NCBI GenBank assembly: GCA_963775455.1
Contig: CAVZIU010000002.1
Location: forward strand, 340,729 to 404,728
Length of the DNA: 64,000 bases
From: an uncultured Pseudomonadota bacterium
GTDB taxonomy: Bacteria; Pseudomonadota; Gammaproteobacteria; Steroidobacterales; Woeseiaceae
Reading direction: 5' to 3'
Shown here: positions 46,880-55,892 of the stretch, in pieces
How the letters are laid out: each line of letters begins with the position of its first letter
Numbering within the stretch: position 1 is the first letter of the stretch
Made by a program: the position numbers and the translations under genes
The notes under the pieces: model-generated
Database searches by the model: none
Seen by the model: the letters and a program-made list of their open reading frames with translations, nothing else
Told to the model about the DNA's origin: nothing

Positions 46880-47449
46880 ATGCTGCTGATCGACAACTAC
46901 GACTCGTTTACTTACAACCTCGTGCAGGCATTCGCGGCGATGGGTGCGGAAGTGCTCGTATTTCGCAACGACGCGATCACGGTCGAAGAGGCGCGCGCAC
47001 TGTCGCCCACGCATCTCGTCATTTCACCCGGCCCCGGACGTCCCGACGATGCCGGCGTGTCGCTCGCCATGATCGGCGCCTTTGCCGCGGAGTTGCCGCT
47101 GTTCGGCGTGTGTCTCGGCCACCAGTGTCTCGTGCAGCATTTCGGCGGCGAGATCGTGCGCGCAAAACGGCTCATGCACGGCAAGACCTCGATCGCGACG
47201 CACGACGGCAAGCGGCTGTTCGATGGCGCCCCGCAGCCGATGGAGGTCGGACGTTACCACTCCCTGTGCGCCGAGCACCGTACGCTGCCCGCGGTGCTCG
47301 AGGTGACCGCGGAGACGGAGCAGGGCGAAATCATGGGCGTGCGTCACAAGTCCCTGCCGCTCGAAGGCGTGCAATTCCATCCCGAGAGCGTGCTGACCCC
47401 CGACGGCGAAATCCTGATGGCGAATTTCCTGCGCATGCAGGCGGGATGA
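46880..47449 (+). CDS. trpG: anthranilate synthase component II (glutamine amidotransferase)
   Basis: [16 protein letters not shown]..., GVCLGHQ and FHPES. An alternative GTG start at 46847 overlaps the trpE stop. Confidence 0.9.
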   Translation: MLLIDNYDSFTYNLVQAFAAMGAEVLVFRNDAITVEEARALSPTHLVISPGPGRPDDAGVSLAMIGAFAAELPLFGVCLGHQCLVQHFGGEIVRAKRLMHGKTSIATHDGKRLFDGAPQPMEVGRYHSLCAEHRTLPAVLEVTAETEQGEIMGVRHKSLPLEGVQFHPESVLTPDGEILMANFLRMQAG

Positions 47450-47459
47450 AGGAACGGGG

Positions 47460-48485
47460 ATGAGCAAGACGCGCAACCAGCTCGACCGCCTGCTCGACGG
47501 CGAATCGCTCACCGAGGACGAGGCGCACGGGCTCATGCTTCAGCTGGCGAGCGGCGAGATGCCCGCAGCACTGGCGGGCGCATACCTGGCGGGCCTGCGT
47601 GCCAAGGGCGAGACCGCCGCGGAGATCCGCGGCTTTGCAACCGCGATGCGCGGGCTCGCCGTGCAGCCGACGATCCCGCCCGGAGCGCCCACCGTCGACA
47701 CGGTCGGCACCGGCGGCGACGGTTCCGGCAGCCTGAACCTGTCGACCGGCACCGGGCTGCTCGCGGCCGCGGCCGGCGCACGAGTCGTGAAGCACGGCAA
47801 CCGCTCGGTATCCAGCCGCTGCGGCAGCGCCGACCTGCTCGAATGCCTCGGCATGCCCCTGCCGCTCGACGAAAAGGCGGCCGTCGCCTGCCTTGCGGCC
47901 ACCGGTTTCACTTTCCTGTTCGCGCCGGCCTATCACCCCGCGATGAAAGCGGTCGTGCCCGTTCGCGGCGCGCTGTCCGTGCGCACGGTGTTCAACATGC
48001 TCGGCCCGCTGACCAATCCCGCGGCGCCGCCCTACCAGCTGATCGGCGCCTGGAGCCCGGCGGCCGCCCGGCTGATGGCGGAGGCGCTGGTCGGCATGCC
48101 CATCGAGCGGGCCTTTGTCGTGCACGGCACGCCCGGCTGGGACGAGGCCACGCCCGCTGGCGAGTTTCTATTGCTCGACGTGCGGCCCGGCGGCGTCACG
48201 GAATCGGTGCGTCTGCCCGCCGACTATGGCCTGCCGACCTGCGACCCGGCGGCACTTGCCGGCGGCGACGCCGCCCACAACGCCCGCGAACTCGAGCGCG
48301 TATTCGATGGCGATGATCGCGGCGCGCACCGCGATGCGCTGCTGATGGGCGCATCGCTGGTGCTCGAAGTGCTGGGCAGGGCCAGCGGTCCCGAGGACGG
48401 AGTCGCGGCTGCTGCGGCTGCGATCGACGACGGCCGTGCGGCGCGCCTGCTCGAGCGCCTGCGGGCGCATTTCGCGGCGCGCTGA
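47460..48485 (+). CDS. trpD: anthranilate phosphoribosyltransferase
   Basis: DTVGTGGDGSGSLNLST, KHGNRSVSS and NPAAP motifs. Confidence 0.95.
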   Translation: MSKTRNQLDRLLDGESLTEDEAHGLMLQLASGEMPAALAGAYLAGLRAKGETAAEIRGFATAMRGLAVQPTIPPGAPTVDTVGTGGDGSGSLNLSTGTGLLAAAAGARVVKHGNRSVSSRCGSADLLECLGMPLPLDEKAAVACLAATGFTFLFAPAYHPAMKAVVPVRGALSVRTVFNMLGPLTNPAAPPYQLIGAWSPAAARLMAEALVGMPIERAFVVHGTPGWDEATPAGEFLLLDVRPGGVTESVRLPADYGLPTCDPAALAGGDAAHNARELERVFDGDDRGAHRDALLMGASLVLEVLGRASGPEDGVAAAAAAIDDGRAARLLERLRAHFAAR

Positions 48486-48499
48486 GCCCGCTGCGAGGA

Positions 48500-48541
48500 A
48501 CCCGCGACGATGAGCCCGCCACGATGAACCCGCCACGATGA
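48500..48541 (+). repeat. three tandem copies of a 14-nt unit at the trpD-trpC junction
   Basis: A-CCCGCGACGATGA, G-CCCGCCACGATGA, A-CCCGCCACGATGA. Each unit carries ATGA, and the last ATG (48538) is the trpC start. Confidence 0.85.
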
Positions 48542-49341
48542 GCAATTTCCTGCTGCAAATGGCCGCCGCGAGCGCTGAGCGCGCAGCGCGGGTACCGCGC
48601 TACCGGTCCGCGGATTTCGACCGGCCGGTGCTGCCGCTCGCGTCCGGTGCCTTCGACGTCATCGCGGAGATCAAGGCGCGTTCGCCCGCCGAAGGCGTGC
48701 TGGCCGGCGCCGCGTACGACCGTGCAGAACGTGCGCGGCAATATGCAGCGGGGGGCGCGGCGGCGATCTCCGTGCTGACCGAACCGAGCCGTTTCGACGG
48801 CGCACTCGAGCACCTCGCCGAAGTGGCCGGCGCCGTGCCGGAGCTGCCCGTAATGCGCAAGGATTTCCTGGTCGAACCTGCGCAGGTGCTGGAAGCCCGC
48901 GCGGCAGGTGCGAGCGGCGTGCTGCTCATCGTCGGCATGCTTGCCGACGACAAGCTCCGCGCGATGCTCGACACCGCTTTCGAGCACGGGCTGTTCGTGT
49001 TGCTCGAATCCTTCGCAGCCGCCGATATCGATCGCCTGCATGCATTGCTCACGCCGCGCGATCTCGACGCCGCTGCCGGCAGGCGCCTCCTGTTCGGCGT
49101 CAATGCGCGCAACCTGCACACGCTCGAGGTCGACCCGGAGCGCCTCGCATCGCTGGCCGCGCGCCTCCCGGCCGGCCCGGCAGTGGCCGAAAGCGGCCTG
49201 CGGACGGCCGCGGACGCCGCCTCCGCTGCACGGCTCGGCTATACGCTCGCGCTGGTCGGCACGGCGCTCATGCGGAGCGACGAACCGGCGGCGCTGATCG
49301 GCGCGATGCGTCGAGCAGGCCACGAGGCGCTCGCGGCATGA
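48538..49341 (+). CDS. trpC: indole-3-glycerol phosphate synthase
   Basis: VIAEIKARSPAEG and FLVEPAQVLEARAAGASGVLLI motifs. An in-frame stop at 48511 excludes an earlier start. Confidence 0.9.
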   Translation: MSNFLLQMAAASAERAARVPRYRSADFDRPVLPLASGAFDVIAEIKARSPAEGVLAGAAYDRAERARQYAAGGAAAISVLTEPSRFDGALEHLAEVAGAVPELPVMRKDFLVEPAQVLEARAAGASGVLLIVGMLADDKLRAMLDTAFEHGLFVLLESFAAADIDRLHALLTPRDLDAAAGRRLLFGVNARNLHTLEVDPERLASLAARLPAGPAVAESGLRTAADAASAARLGYTLALVGTALMRSDEPAALIGAMRRAGHEALAA

Positions 49342-49937
49342 GCCTGTTCGTCAAGATCTGCGGGCTCGCGACGGAGCAGGAAGTCGCTGCTGCTGCCGCG
49401 GCCGGCGCGGATGCGATCGGCTTCGTCTTCGCGGACTCGGTGCGGCGCGTGACGCCCGCCGCTGCCGCGCGCGCTGCCGCAGCTGCGCCGGCCCGAATCC
49501 TGCGCGTGGCGGTGATGCGTCATCCCGCGCCGGCGGACTGGCTCGCGGTGCTCGACGGTTTCCGCCCGGACGTCCTGCAGACCGACGCGGCCGAACTCGA
49601 GGCGCTGGACGTGCCGGCGACGATGGCGACCTGGCCCGTGTATCGCGAGGGCGCCGCCCCACCCCCGGCATCGATTGAGGGTACGTGGCTGTACGAAGGT
49701 CCGGCGAGCGGTGCGGGCAGGGCGGTCGACTGGCGCCGTGCGGCCGGCTACGCTGCGCGCGGCCGCATGATCCTGGCCGGCGGGCTCCACGCCGGCAATG
49801 TCGCGGAAGCGATCGCCACCGTGATGCCATGGGGCGTCGACGTCTCGAGCGGCGTCGAATCCGCGCCCGGCGTGAAAGATCCGGATCTCATTTCGAAATT
49901 CATCAGTGCGGCTCGCGCCGCGGAGACCACAGCATGA
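49338..49937 (+). CDS. trpF: phosphoribosylanthranilate isomerase
   Basis: MSLFVKICGL... and WGVDVSSGVESAPGVKD. It overlaps the trpC stop. Confidence 0.9.
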   Translation: MSLFVKICGLATEQEVAAAAAAGADAIGFVFADSVRRVTPAAAARAAAAAPARILRVAVMRHPAPADWLAVLDGFRPDVLQTDAAELEALDVPATMATWPVYREGAAPPPASIEGTWLYEGPASGAGRAVDWRRAAGYAARGRMILAGGLHAGNVAEAIATVMPWGVDVSSGVESAPGVKDPDLISKFISAARAAETTA

Positions 49938-49980
49938 GTTTTTCCCTAGCGCGGGCTGCTGGCGCCGCTGAGGACACAAC

Positions 49981-51234
49981 ATGAGTTTCATCCTCGAGCC
50001 GGGGGAACGTAAAGCGCTGCTCGCGGCCAGCCTCGCGGGCACGCTCCCCGACGCTCGCGGCCGGTTCGGTCCGTTCGGCGGCCGTTATGTGCCGGAAACC
50101 CTGGTGCCGGCTTTCGAACGCCTCGAGGAAGGCGTCAGGCGTTACCTGCACGACGCGGACTTCCAGGCGGATTTCCGCCGCGAACTTCGCGAGTGGGTCG
50201 GCCGTCCGACTGCACTCACGCACGCGCCGCGGCTGTCCGAGAGCTGGGGTGCGGATGTGTGGCTGAAGCGCGAGGACCTCGCGCACACCGGCGCGCACAA
50301 GATCAACAACGCGATCGGGCAGGCGCTGCTCGCCAGGCGACTGGGGGCCAAGCGCGTGATCGCGGAGACCGGCGCCGGCCAGCATGGAGTGGCGTCCGCC
50401 GCCGCCTGTGCACGCGTCGGGTTGCCGTGCACCGTGTACATGGGCGCCGTCGACGTCGTACGGCAGGCGCCGAACGTCGATCGCATGCGCCGCCTCGGCG
50501 CGGAGGTCGTTGCGGTGGAATCCGGTGACAAGACGCTGCGGGCGGCCATCGACGAGGCGCTGCGGGCCTGGGTCACTGACCCCGACGGCATCTACTACAT
50601 CCTCGGTTCCGCGGTCGGCGCGCATCCTTACCCTTATCTCGTGCGCGAGTTGCAATCGGTCATCGGCCGGGAAGCCCGCGAGCAGATGCTCGCGCAGGCG
50701 GGCGGCCTGGCCGATGTCGTATTCGCCTGCGTCGGCGGCGGCTCGAATGCGATCGGGCTCTTTCATCCGCTGCTCGCGGACGACATCCGGCTCGTCGGCG
50801 TGGAGGCCGGCGGCACCGGCGACGGGCTGGGGCAGAATGCCGCGACGCTCGCGACCGGCACGCCCGGCGTTTTGCAGGGCTCCTACACCATGATCCTGCA
50901 GGACGCGGACGGCCAGGTGCAGGAGACGCATTCCATCTCCGCCGGCCTCGACTACTCCGGCGTCGGACCCGAGCATGCACTATTGCAGGCACTCGGCCGC
51001 GTCGAGTACGTGTCGGCCCGCGACGACGAGGCGCTGGACGCGCTCGAGGAACTGTGCGCACTGGAGGGCGTCCTCACGGCACTGGAGACCGCGCATGCCT
51101 ACGCCGCAGCGCGAAAGTGGGCGCGCAGGAATCCGGGCAAACGGATACTCATCGGCAACTCCGGCCGCGGCGACAAGGACATGCCGACGCTGACGAAGCA
51201 CCCGGTCAGGCGGTTCGCACATGCAGCCGCATGA
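49981..51234 (+). CDS. trpB: tryptophan synthase beta chain
   Basis: [22 protein letters not shown] (PLP lysine) and GGGSNAIG. Confidence 0.95.
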   Translation: MSFILEPGERKALLAASLAGTLPDARGRFGPFGGRYVPETLVPAFERLEEGVRRYLHDADFQADFRRELREWVGRPTALTHAPRLSESWGADVWLKREDLAHTGAHKINNAIGQALLARRLGAKRVIAETGAGQHGVASAAACARVGLPCTVYMGAVDVVRQAPNVDRMRRLGAEVVAVESGDKTLRAAIDEALRAWVTDPDGIYYILGSAVGAHPYPYLVRELQSVIGREAREQMLAQAGGLADVVFACVGGGSNAIGLFHPLLADDIRLVGVEAGGTGDGLGQNAATLATGTPGVLQGSYTMILQDADGQVQETHSISAGLDYSGVGPEHALLQALGRVEYVSARDDEALDALEELCALEGVLTALETAHAYAAARKWARRNPGKRILIGNSGRGDKDMPTLTKHPVRRFAHAAA

Positions 51235-51994
51235 GCGCGTGAGCGCCGCGATCCGCGCGGCGAACGAAGAGGGCAGGACGGCACTCGTGCCCTTCGTGAC
51301 CGCGGGCTATCCCGAGCCGTCCGCCTTCGTGCGGACCCTGCGCGACGTCGCAGCCGCGGGCGACGTGGTCGAAATCGGCATTCCCTTTTCGGACCCGATG
51401 GCCGACGGGATGACCATCCAGCGCTCGAGCTTCGCAGCGCTGAAGAAGGGCGTGACCCTGCGATGGATTTTCGACGAACTCGCTGCCGCCGCGGGCGGCA
51501 TCGACGCGCCGCTGGTCATGATGTCCTACCTGAACCCGCTGCTCGCTTTCGGGTACGAGGCGCTGGCCGAACGTGCGCTCGAGACCGGCGTGTGCGCTTT
51601 CATCGTGCCGGACCTGCCGTATGAGGAAAGCGACGCGCTGCGCCAGGCGCTCGAGCCCCGAGGCCTCGGCCTCGTGCAGCTAGTGACGCCCGCGACGCCG
51701 GACGCGCGCCTCGGGAAACTTTGCGCCGCGTCGCGCGGATTCGTCTACGCGGTGACGATCACCGGCATCACCGGCGGCGGCGCCAGCCTGCCGCGCGACC
51801 TCGCGAGCTACCTCGACAAGGTGGCTGCGATTTCGACGCTGCCCGTGTGCGCGGGCTTCGGCATCCGCAGCGCCGCCGACGTCGCGAACGTCGGCCGGCA
51901 TGCCGCCGGTGCGATCGTGGGCTCGGCCCTTGTCGAAGTACTTGAAAAAGGCGACAGTCCATCGGAGTTCCTCGAAAGATTGCTGGGCCGATGA
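51221..51994 (+). CDS. trpA: tryptophan synthase alpha chain
   Basis: [23 protein letters not shown] and GFGI motifs. It overlaps the trpB end, and the exact start (ATG 51221 or GTG 51239) is uncertain. Confidence 0.9.
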   Translation: MQPHERVSAAIRAANEEGRTALVPFVTAGYPEPSAFVRTLRDVAAAGDVVEIGIPFSDPMADGMTIQRSSFAALKKGVTLRWIFDELAAAAGGIDAPLVMMSYLNPLLAFGYEALAERALETGVCAFIVPDLPYEESDALRQALEPRGLGLVQLVTPATPDARLGKLCAASRGFVYAVTITGITGGGASLPRDLASYLDKVAAISTLPVCAGFGIRSAADVANVGRHAAGAIVGSALVEVLEKGDSPSEFLERLLGR

Positions 51995-52296
51995 AAAAGC
52001 TGACGTCCGCGCCGACGCTGGTCACGATATATCACTACAAGAACCTGCTCGCCGCGGAAGGCATCGCAACCGTCATACGCAACGAGCACCTGGGCGCGAT
52101 ACTCGGGGACATGCCTTTCACCGAAACCTGGCCACAACTCTGGGTCGTGAACGACCTGCACTTCGACCGTGCCGGGCAGCTGATCGGCGATGCGGCCGGA
52201 GACGAGAGCCCGGCGGACGACTGGCACTGCTCCGCCTGCGGCGAATCGAACGAAGGCCAGTTCGCCGCCTGCTGGAACTGCGGCCGCGCCGCGTAA
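51991..52296 (+). CDS. DUF2007-like small protein with C-terminal zinc ribbon
   Basis: 101 aa: ...VTIYHYKNLLAAEGIATVIRNEHLG..., then HCSACGESNEGQFAACWNCG. Its ATG overlaps the trpA stop (ATGA at 51991-51994). Confidence 0.7.
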   Translation: MKKLTSAPTLVTIYHYKNLLAAEGIATVIRNEHLGAILGDMPFTETWPQLWVVNDLHFDRAGQLIGDAAGDESPADDWHCSACGESNEGQFAACWNCGRAA

Positions 52297-52307
52297 TTAG
52301 CGAAAAG

Positions 52308-52387
52308 AAAGGGGTCAGAGTACTTTTTTGCCGGGCGGATTCGCTCCGGCATGCGCCATTGCTGACAAAAAGTACTCTGACCCCTTT
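52308..52387. terminator. long palindrome / bidirectional rho-independent terminator between convergent genes
   Basis: AAAGGGGTCAGAGTACTTTTTTG (52308-52330) pairs with CAAAAAGTACTCTGACCCCTTT (52366-52387), separated by a 35-nt loop. T-runs follow the stem on both strands. Confidence 0.7.
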
Positions 52388-52392
52388 TTTTA

Positions 52393-54489
52393 TTACGGCA
52401 TGCCGCGGGCGAGGAGGCGCGTGCCGGCGATCTCACTGCGCAGCACGGCCGAAACCTTCTCCGGCTGCATCGGCCGGCTGATGAGGTAACCCTGCGCGAG
52501 GTCGCAGCGGCAGTCTTTCAGGAACTCGAGCTGGCTCAGGGTTTCGACGCCCTCCGCGGTGACCTCGATGCCGAGGCCACGGGCCATCGCGATGGCGGCA
52601 CGGATGATGCGCTGGTGGCTGCCGTTCGCCGCGATGTCGACGAGCAGCGACTGGTCGAGCACGAAGCTGTCGATGAAACCGTTGTCGAGCGATTCGAAGG
52701 ACACGTCCGCCACGCCGAAGTGATCGAGCGACAAGCGCACGCCGAGCTTGCGCAGTCCACGCAGCGTTTCGATCTCCGCGCTGCGCTTGCGGACGACGTC
52801 ACCGTCGCCGATCTCGAGCTCGACGCAGCCGGCATCGAGCGAGTAGTTGGCGAGCGCATTCGACACGCAGTCGATGAGCCGCTCGTGCAGCAACTGTTGC
52901 GGCGAAATATTGATTGCGATCGCAAGGTCGGGTAGTTCGAATTGCCGCTGCCAGGTCGCGAGCTGCCGGCAGGCGAGATCGATGATCCATTCCCCGGCCG
53001 AATGTATGAGGCCACTCGACACCAGGATCGGCAGGAAGCGCGCCGGCGCCAGCAGGCCGAAGCGCGGATGCTGCCAGCGCAGCAGCGCCTCGAGCCCGAT
53101 GAGGCGCCCCGACCCGAGGTCGATGCGCGGCTGGTAGTGCAGCACGAACTCATTGCGCACGAGGGCATGGCGCAAGCCGAGCTCGAGTTCCTCGCGTTGT
53201 GCAAGCTTGGTGTTCAGCGTCGGCGAAAAATACTGGAAGCGGCCGCCGCCGCGCTTCTTCGCTTCACCCATCGCGATGTCCGCGGCTTTCACGAGGCGCT
53301 CGGCATCCTCGTCCTGCTCCTGGCGCACCGCGATACCGATGCTCGGCGTCGCAAACACTTCATTCTTCCCGACCGAGTATTTCTCGGACAGGACGAGCAG
53401 GAGTTTCTGGGCCGCTTCCGCGGCGTTGCCCGCCTCGGCGAAATCCTCGAGGCTGACGACGAACGCGTCGCCGCCCCAGCGTGCGGAGTAGTCGCCGACG
53501 CGCAGGTTGCCCCGCAGGCGCTCCGCGACTTCGATCAGCATCGCATCACCGACGTCGTGGCCGAGCGTGTCATTGACCGAACGAAAACGGTCGAAGTCGA
53601 TGAACAGGACCGCGAGCGGCCGGTTGTTGCGCTGGCTCCGGCCGGTGGCACGCCGCAGGTGCTCGATGAATGCGCCGCGATTCGGCAGTCCCGTCAGCTC
53701 GTCGAAACTGGCACGTTTCGTCAGTACGTGCGTCCGCCGGGTCATTTCAGTGACGTCACGGAAGGTCACGACGCCGCCGACGAGCTCGCCGTTCGCGCCA
53801 TACAGCCCCTGGCCGTTCACGTCGAGCAGGCTGTCGGGTTGATCCGGCGCCCGCCAGGTGCCGGTGTAGTTCGAGAACTTTTCCCCGTTTCGCGCCCGCA
53901 CCAGCGGCAGCAGGTGCGCGTTGACCAGGCTCTTGCCGGCCGCATCGAGGCAGCAAAAGGACTGTTCCCAGCCGGTCTCGGGCTGCCAGCGCGGGCCGAA
54001 ACCGAGCATGGAGCGAGCCGCGGGATTGACTTCGAGTACGGAGCCCTGCCGGTCGACCACGATCACGCCGTCGTTGATGTCGCGGAGTATGGCGAGCACC
54101 GAACCGTCGACGGCGGAGAGCCGCCGCTGCAGTTCGTGGCGCCGCACGCCCCGGTCGAAGATCGCCTCGGGCTGTTCGCCGGGCGTGTCGTCGACGCAGA
54201 CGTAGGCCTGCGCGCCGGCGTTGCGCGCGGCAATACCGCGATGTTCGGTCTCGCGCCGGGTCAGCGCGATCACCGGGTAGCGTTGCAACTTATGCAATAT
54301 GTCCGAGAGCGACTCGGTATTCGAACCGGCTTCGAACAGCACGAGATCGATAGCCGATGGCGTGTGCGCGTCGATCTCGAGCGAGCCGTTTCGCATGAGC
54401 ATCGTGCAGCAGGGGAGTGTTTCGAGTCGGGATAAAAACTCGGACGCAAAGGAGCTGCGGCCGAAAAATAAAATGGAGTGCCCCGCCAT
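52393..54489 (-). CDS. signalling protein: receiver-like domain, PAS, degenerate GGDEF (GGDAF) and EAL domain
   Basis: The internal start gives MAGHSILFFGRSS... It has a PAS region, a GGDEF domain reading RWGGDAFVV, and an EAL domain with GLEALLRW, DHFG and AEGVET motifs. Confidence 0.9.
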   Translation of the reverse strand: MAGHSILFFGRSSFASEFLSRLETLPCCTMLMRNGSLEIDAHTPSAIDLVLFEAGSNTESLSDILHKLQRYPVIALTRRETEHRGIAARNAGAQAYVCVDDTPGEQPEAIFDRGVRRHELQRRLSAVDGSVLAILRDINDGVIVVDRQGSVLEVNPAARSMLGFGPRWQPETGWEQSFCCLDAAGKSLVNAHLLPLVRARNGEKFSNYTGTWRAPDQPDSLLDVNGQGLYGANGELVGGVVTFRDVTEMTRRTHVLTKRASFDELTGLPNRGAFIEHLRRATGRSQRNNRPLAVLFIDFDRFRSVNDTLGHDVGDAMLIEVAERLRGNLRVGDYSARWGGDAFVVSLEDFAEAGNAAEAAQKLLLVLSEKYSVGKNEVFATPSIGIAVRQEQDEDAERLVKAADIAMGEAKKRGGGRFQYFSPTLNTKLAQREELELGLRHALVRNEFVLHYQPRIDLGSGRLIGLEALLRWQHPRFGLLAPARFLPILVSSGLIHSAGEWIIDLACRQLATWQRQFELPDLAIAINISPQQLLHERLIDCVSNALANYSLDAGCVELEIGDGDVVRKRSAEIETLRGLRKLGVRLSLDHFGVADVSFESLDNGFIDSFVLDQSLLVDIAANGSHQRIIRAAIAMARGLGIEVTAEGVETLSQLEFLKDCRCDLAQGYLISRPMQPEKVSAVLRSEIAGTRLLARGMP

Positions 54490-54678
54490 AGATTCTTCTT
54501 CTGATTCCCGCTTCCCCGAGGTGGCCGACGTCAAGACGGGCCGGGCGAATGATAACTTAATTTTCCAGCACATACAGGCGCAACCATTCGCCAAAAAGGC
54601 GCGTTTCGGGCGCCCGCCGGTTCAAACCGGCAGCCCGCGGCGGGCATCCAACGGTCAGCATTAACGGAGATACGGCGG

Positions 54679-55281
54679 ATGGCCGCGCTTTTGACGGTTG
54701 TGGGCAGCGACTATAGTCCGGGCATGACGGTGGCGGTGAAACCGACGGCCGACGAAGAGACGGCACTGATCCGGCGCGCGCAGCGTGCCGATGCCCGGGC
54801 TTTCGAAGCGCTCTACCGCATGCACGTCGATCGCGTGTACGGCCTGTGCCTGCGCATGACCGGCAATCGCAGCGAAGCGGAGGACTGCGCGCAGGAAGCG
54901 TTCATCCAGGCCTGGAACCAGCTGGACCGGTTCCGCGGAGACAGTTCGTTCGGGACCTGGCTGCACCGCATCGCGGTGAATGCCGTACTGGGGCGGATAC
55001 GCAAGTCGAAGCGCGAACAGGATCGAATCCGGGCCGCGCATGAAGTGCACGCCGCGCCCGCCGCCGTCGCGGATACCGGCGAACTGCGCGACCTGGCGAA
55101 CGCCGTGGACCGGCTGCCCGAAGGGGCGCGGCACGTCTTCGTCCTGAGCGGCATCTATGGATACAGCCACGAGGAAGCGAGCGAGATGCTCGGCATCGCG
55201 GTTGGAACGAGCAAGGCCCAGCTGCATCGCGCCCGGCGCCTGCTGGCGCAGCAACTCGAGCAGGAAGGGTACCAGTCATGA
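54679..55281 (+). CDS. ECF-family RNA polymerase sigma factor
   Basis: Region 2 (FEALYRMHVDRVYGLCLRMTGNRSEAEDCAQEAFIQAW) and region 4 (HEEASEMLGIAVGTSKAQLHRAR). A GGAGA RBS lies 8 nt before the ATG at 54679. An alternative ATG is at 54724. Confidence 0.85.
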   Translation: MAALLTVVGSDYSPGMTVAVKPTADEETALIRRAQRADARAFEALYRMHVDRVYGLCLRMTGNRSEAEDCAQEAFIQAWNQLDRFRGDSSFGTWLHRIAVNAVLGRIRKSKREQDRIRAAHEVHAAPAAVADTGELRDLANAVDRLPEGARHVFVLSGIYGYSHEEASEMLGIAVGTSKAQLHRARRLLAQQLEQEGYQS

Positions 55282-55826
55282 CTGCGAAATTTGACGACAA
55301 ACTGATGGCCGACGCGGCGAAACTCACGCGCGCGATCGCGCCGGAGCAGGACCTGTGGCCGGGCATCGAGGCGGCGATTGCGGGACCGCGGCGGTCCAGG
55401 ACACCGTATTTCGCGCAGGCCGCGGCCGTGCTGCTGCTCGTCGGCGGTTCATCCTTCGTGACCTACACGGTGATGGACAGCGACCCGGTGATCGTCGAAC
55501 GCCCGGTGGGCAGCAACCTCGAGGTCGAACAGGCTGCTTATGCCGACCCGTTCGAGCTGTCGAGCGGCTATCACACGGCGCGCACGAGCCTCCAGGCGCA
55601 CATGGACCAGGAACTGGCCAGGCTGTCGCCGGATGCACGCGCCGGCGTGGAGCAGAACCTCGCCGTCATCCGTGAAGCCATCGCCCAGATCAATGCGGCG
55701 CTGGAACGCGAGCCGGGCAATGCCCTGCTGCAGGAATTGCTGCTCAAGACCTATCGCGAGGAGCTCGAGGTGATGCGCAAGGTCGGCGGGCTGGCGCAGG
55801 ACGTCATGCTGCGCAACGACATCTGA
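55278..55826 (+). CDS. putative anti-sigma factor (single TM)
   Basis: It overlaps the sigma gene stop and has one TM helix (YFAQAAAVLLLVGGSSFVTYTV). The call rests on position, directly after an ECF sigma gene. Confidence 0.65.
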   Translation: MTAKFDDKLMADAAKLTRAIAPEQDLWPGIEAAIAGPRRSRTPYFAQAAAVLLLVGGSSFVTYTVMDSDPVIVERPVGSNLEVEQAAYADPFELSSGYHTARTSLQAHMDQELARLSPDARAGVEQNLAVIREAIAQINAALEREPGNALLQELLLKTYREELEVMRKVGGLAQDVMLRNDI

Positions 55827-55892
55827 TGAAAGTACACGGGCGCCCGCGTGGATAGGGAACGTTTGCGGCGGCTGAACGAAGTGAGACTACGC

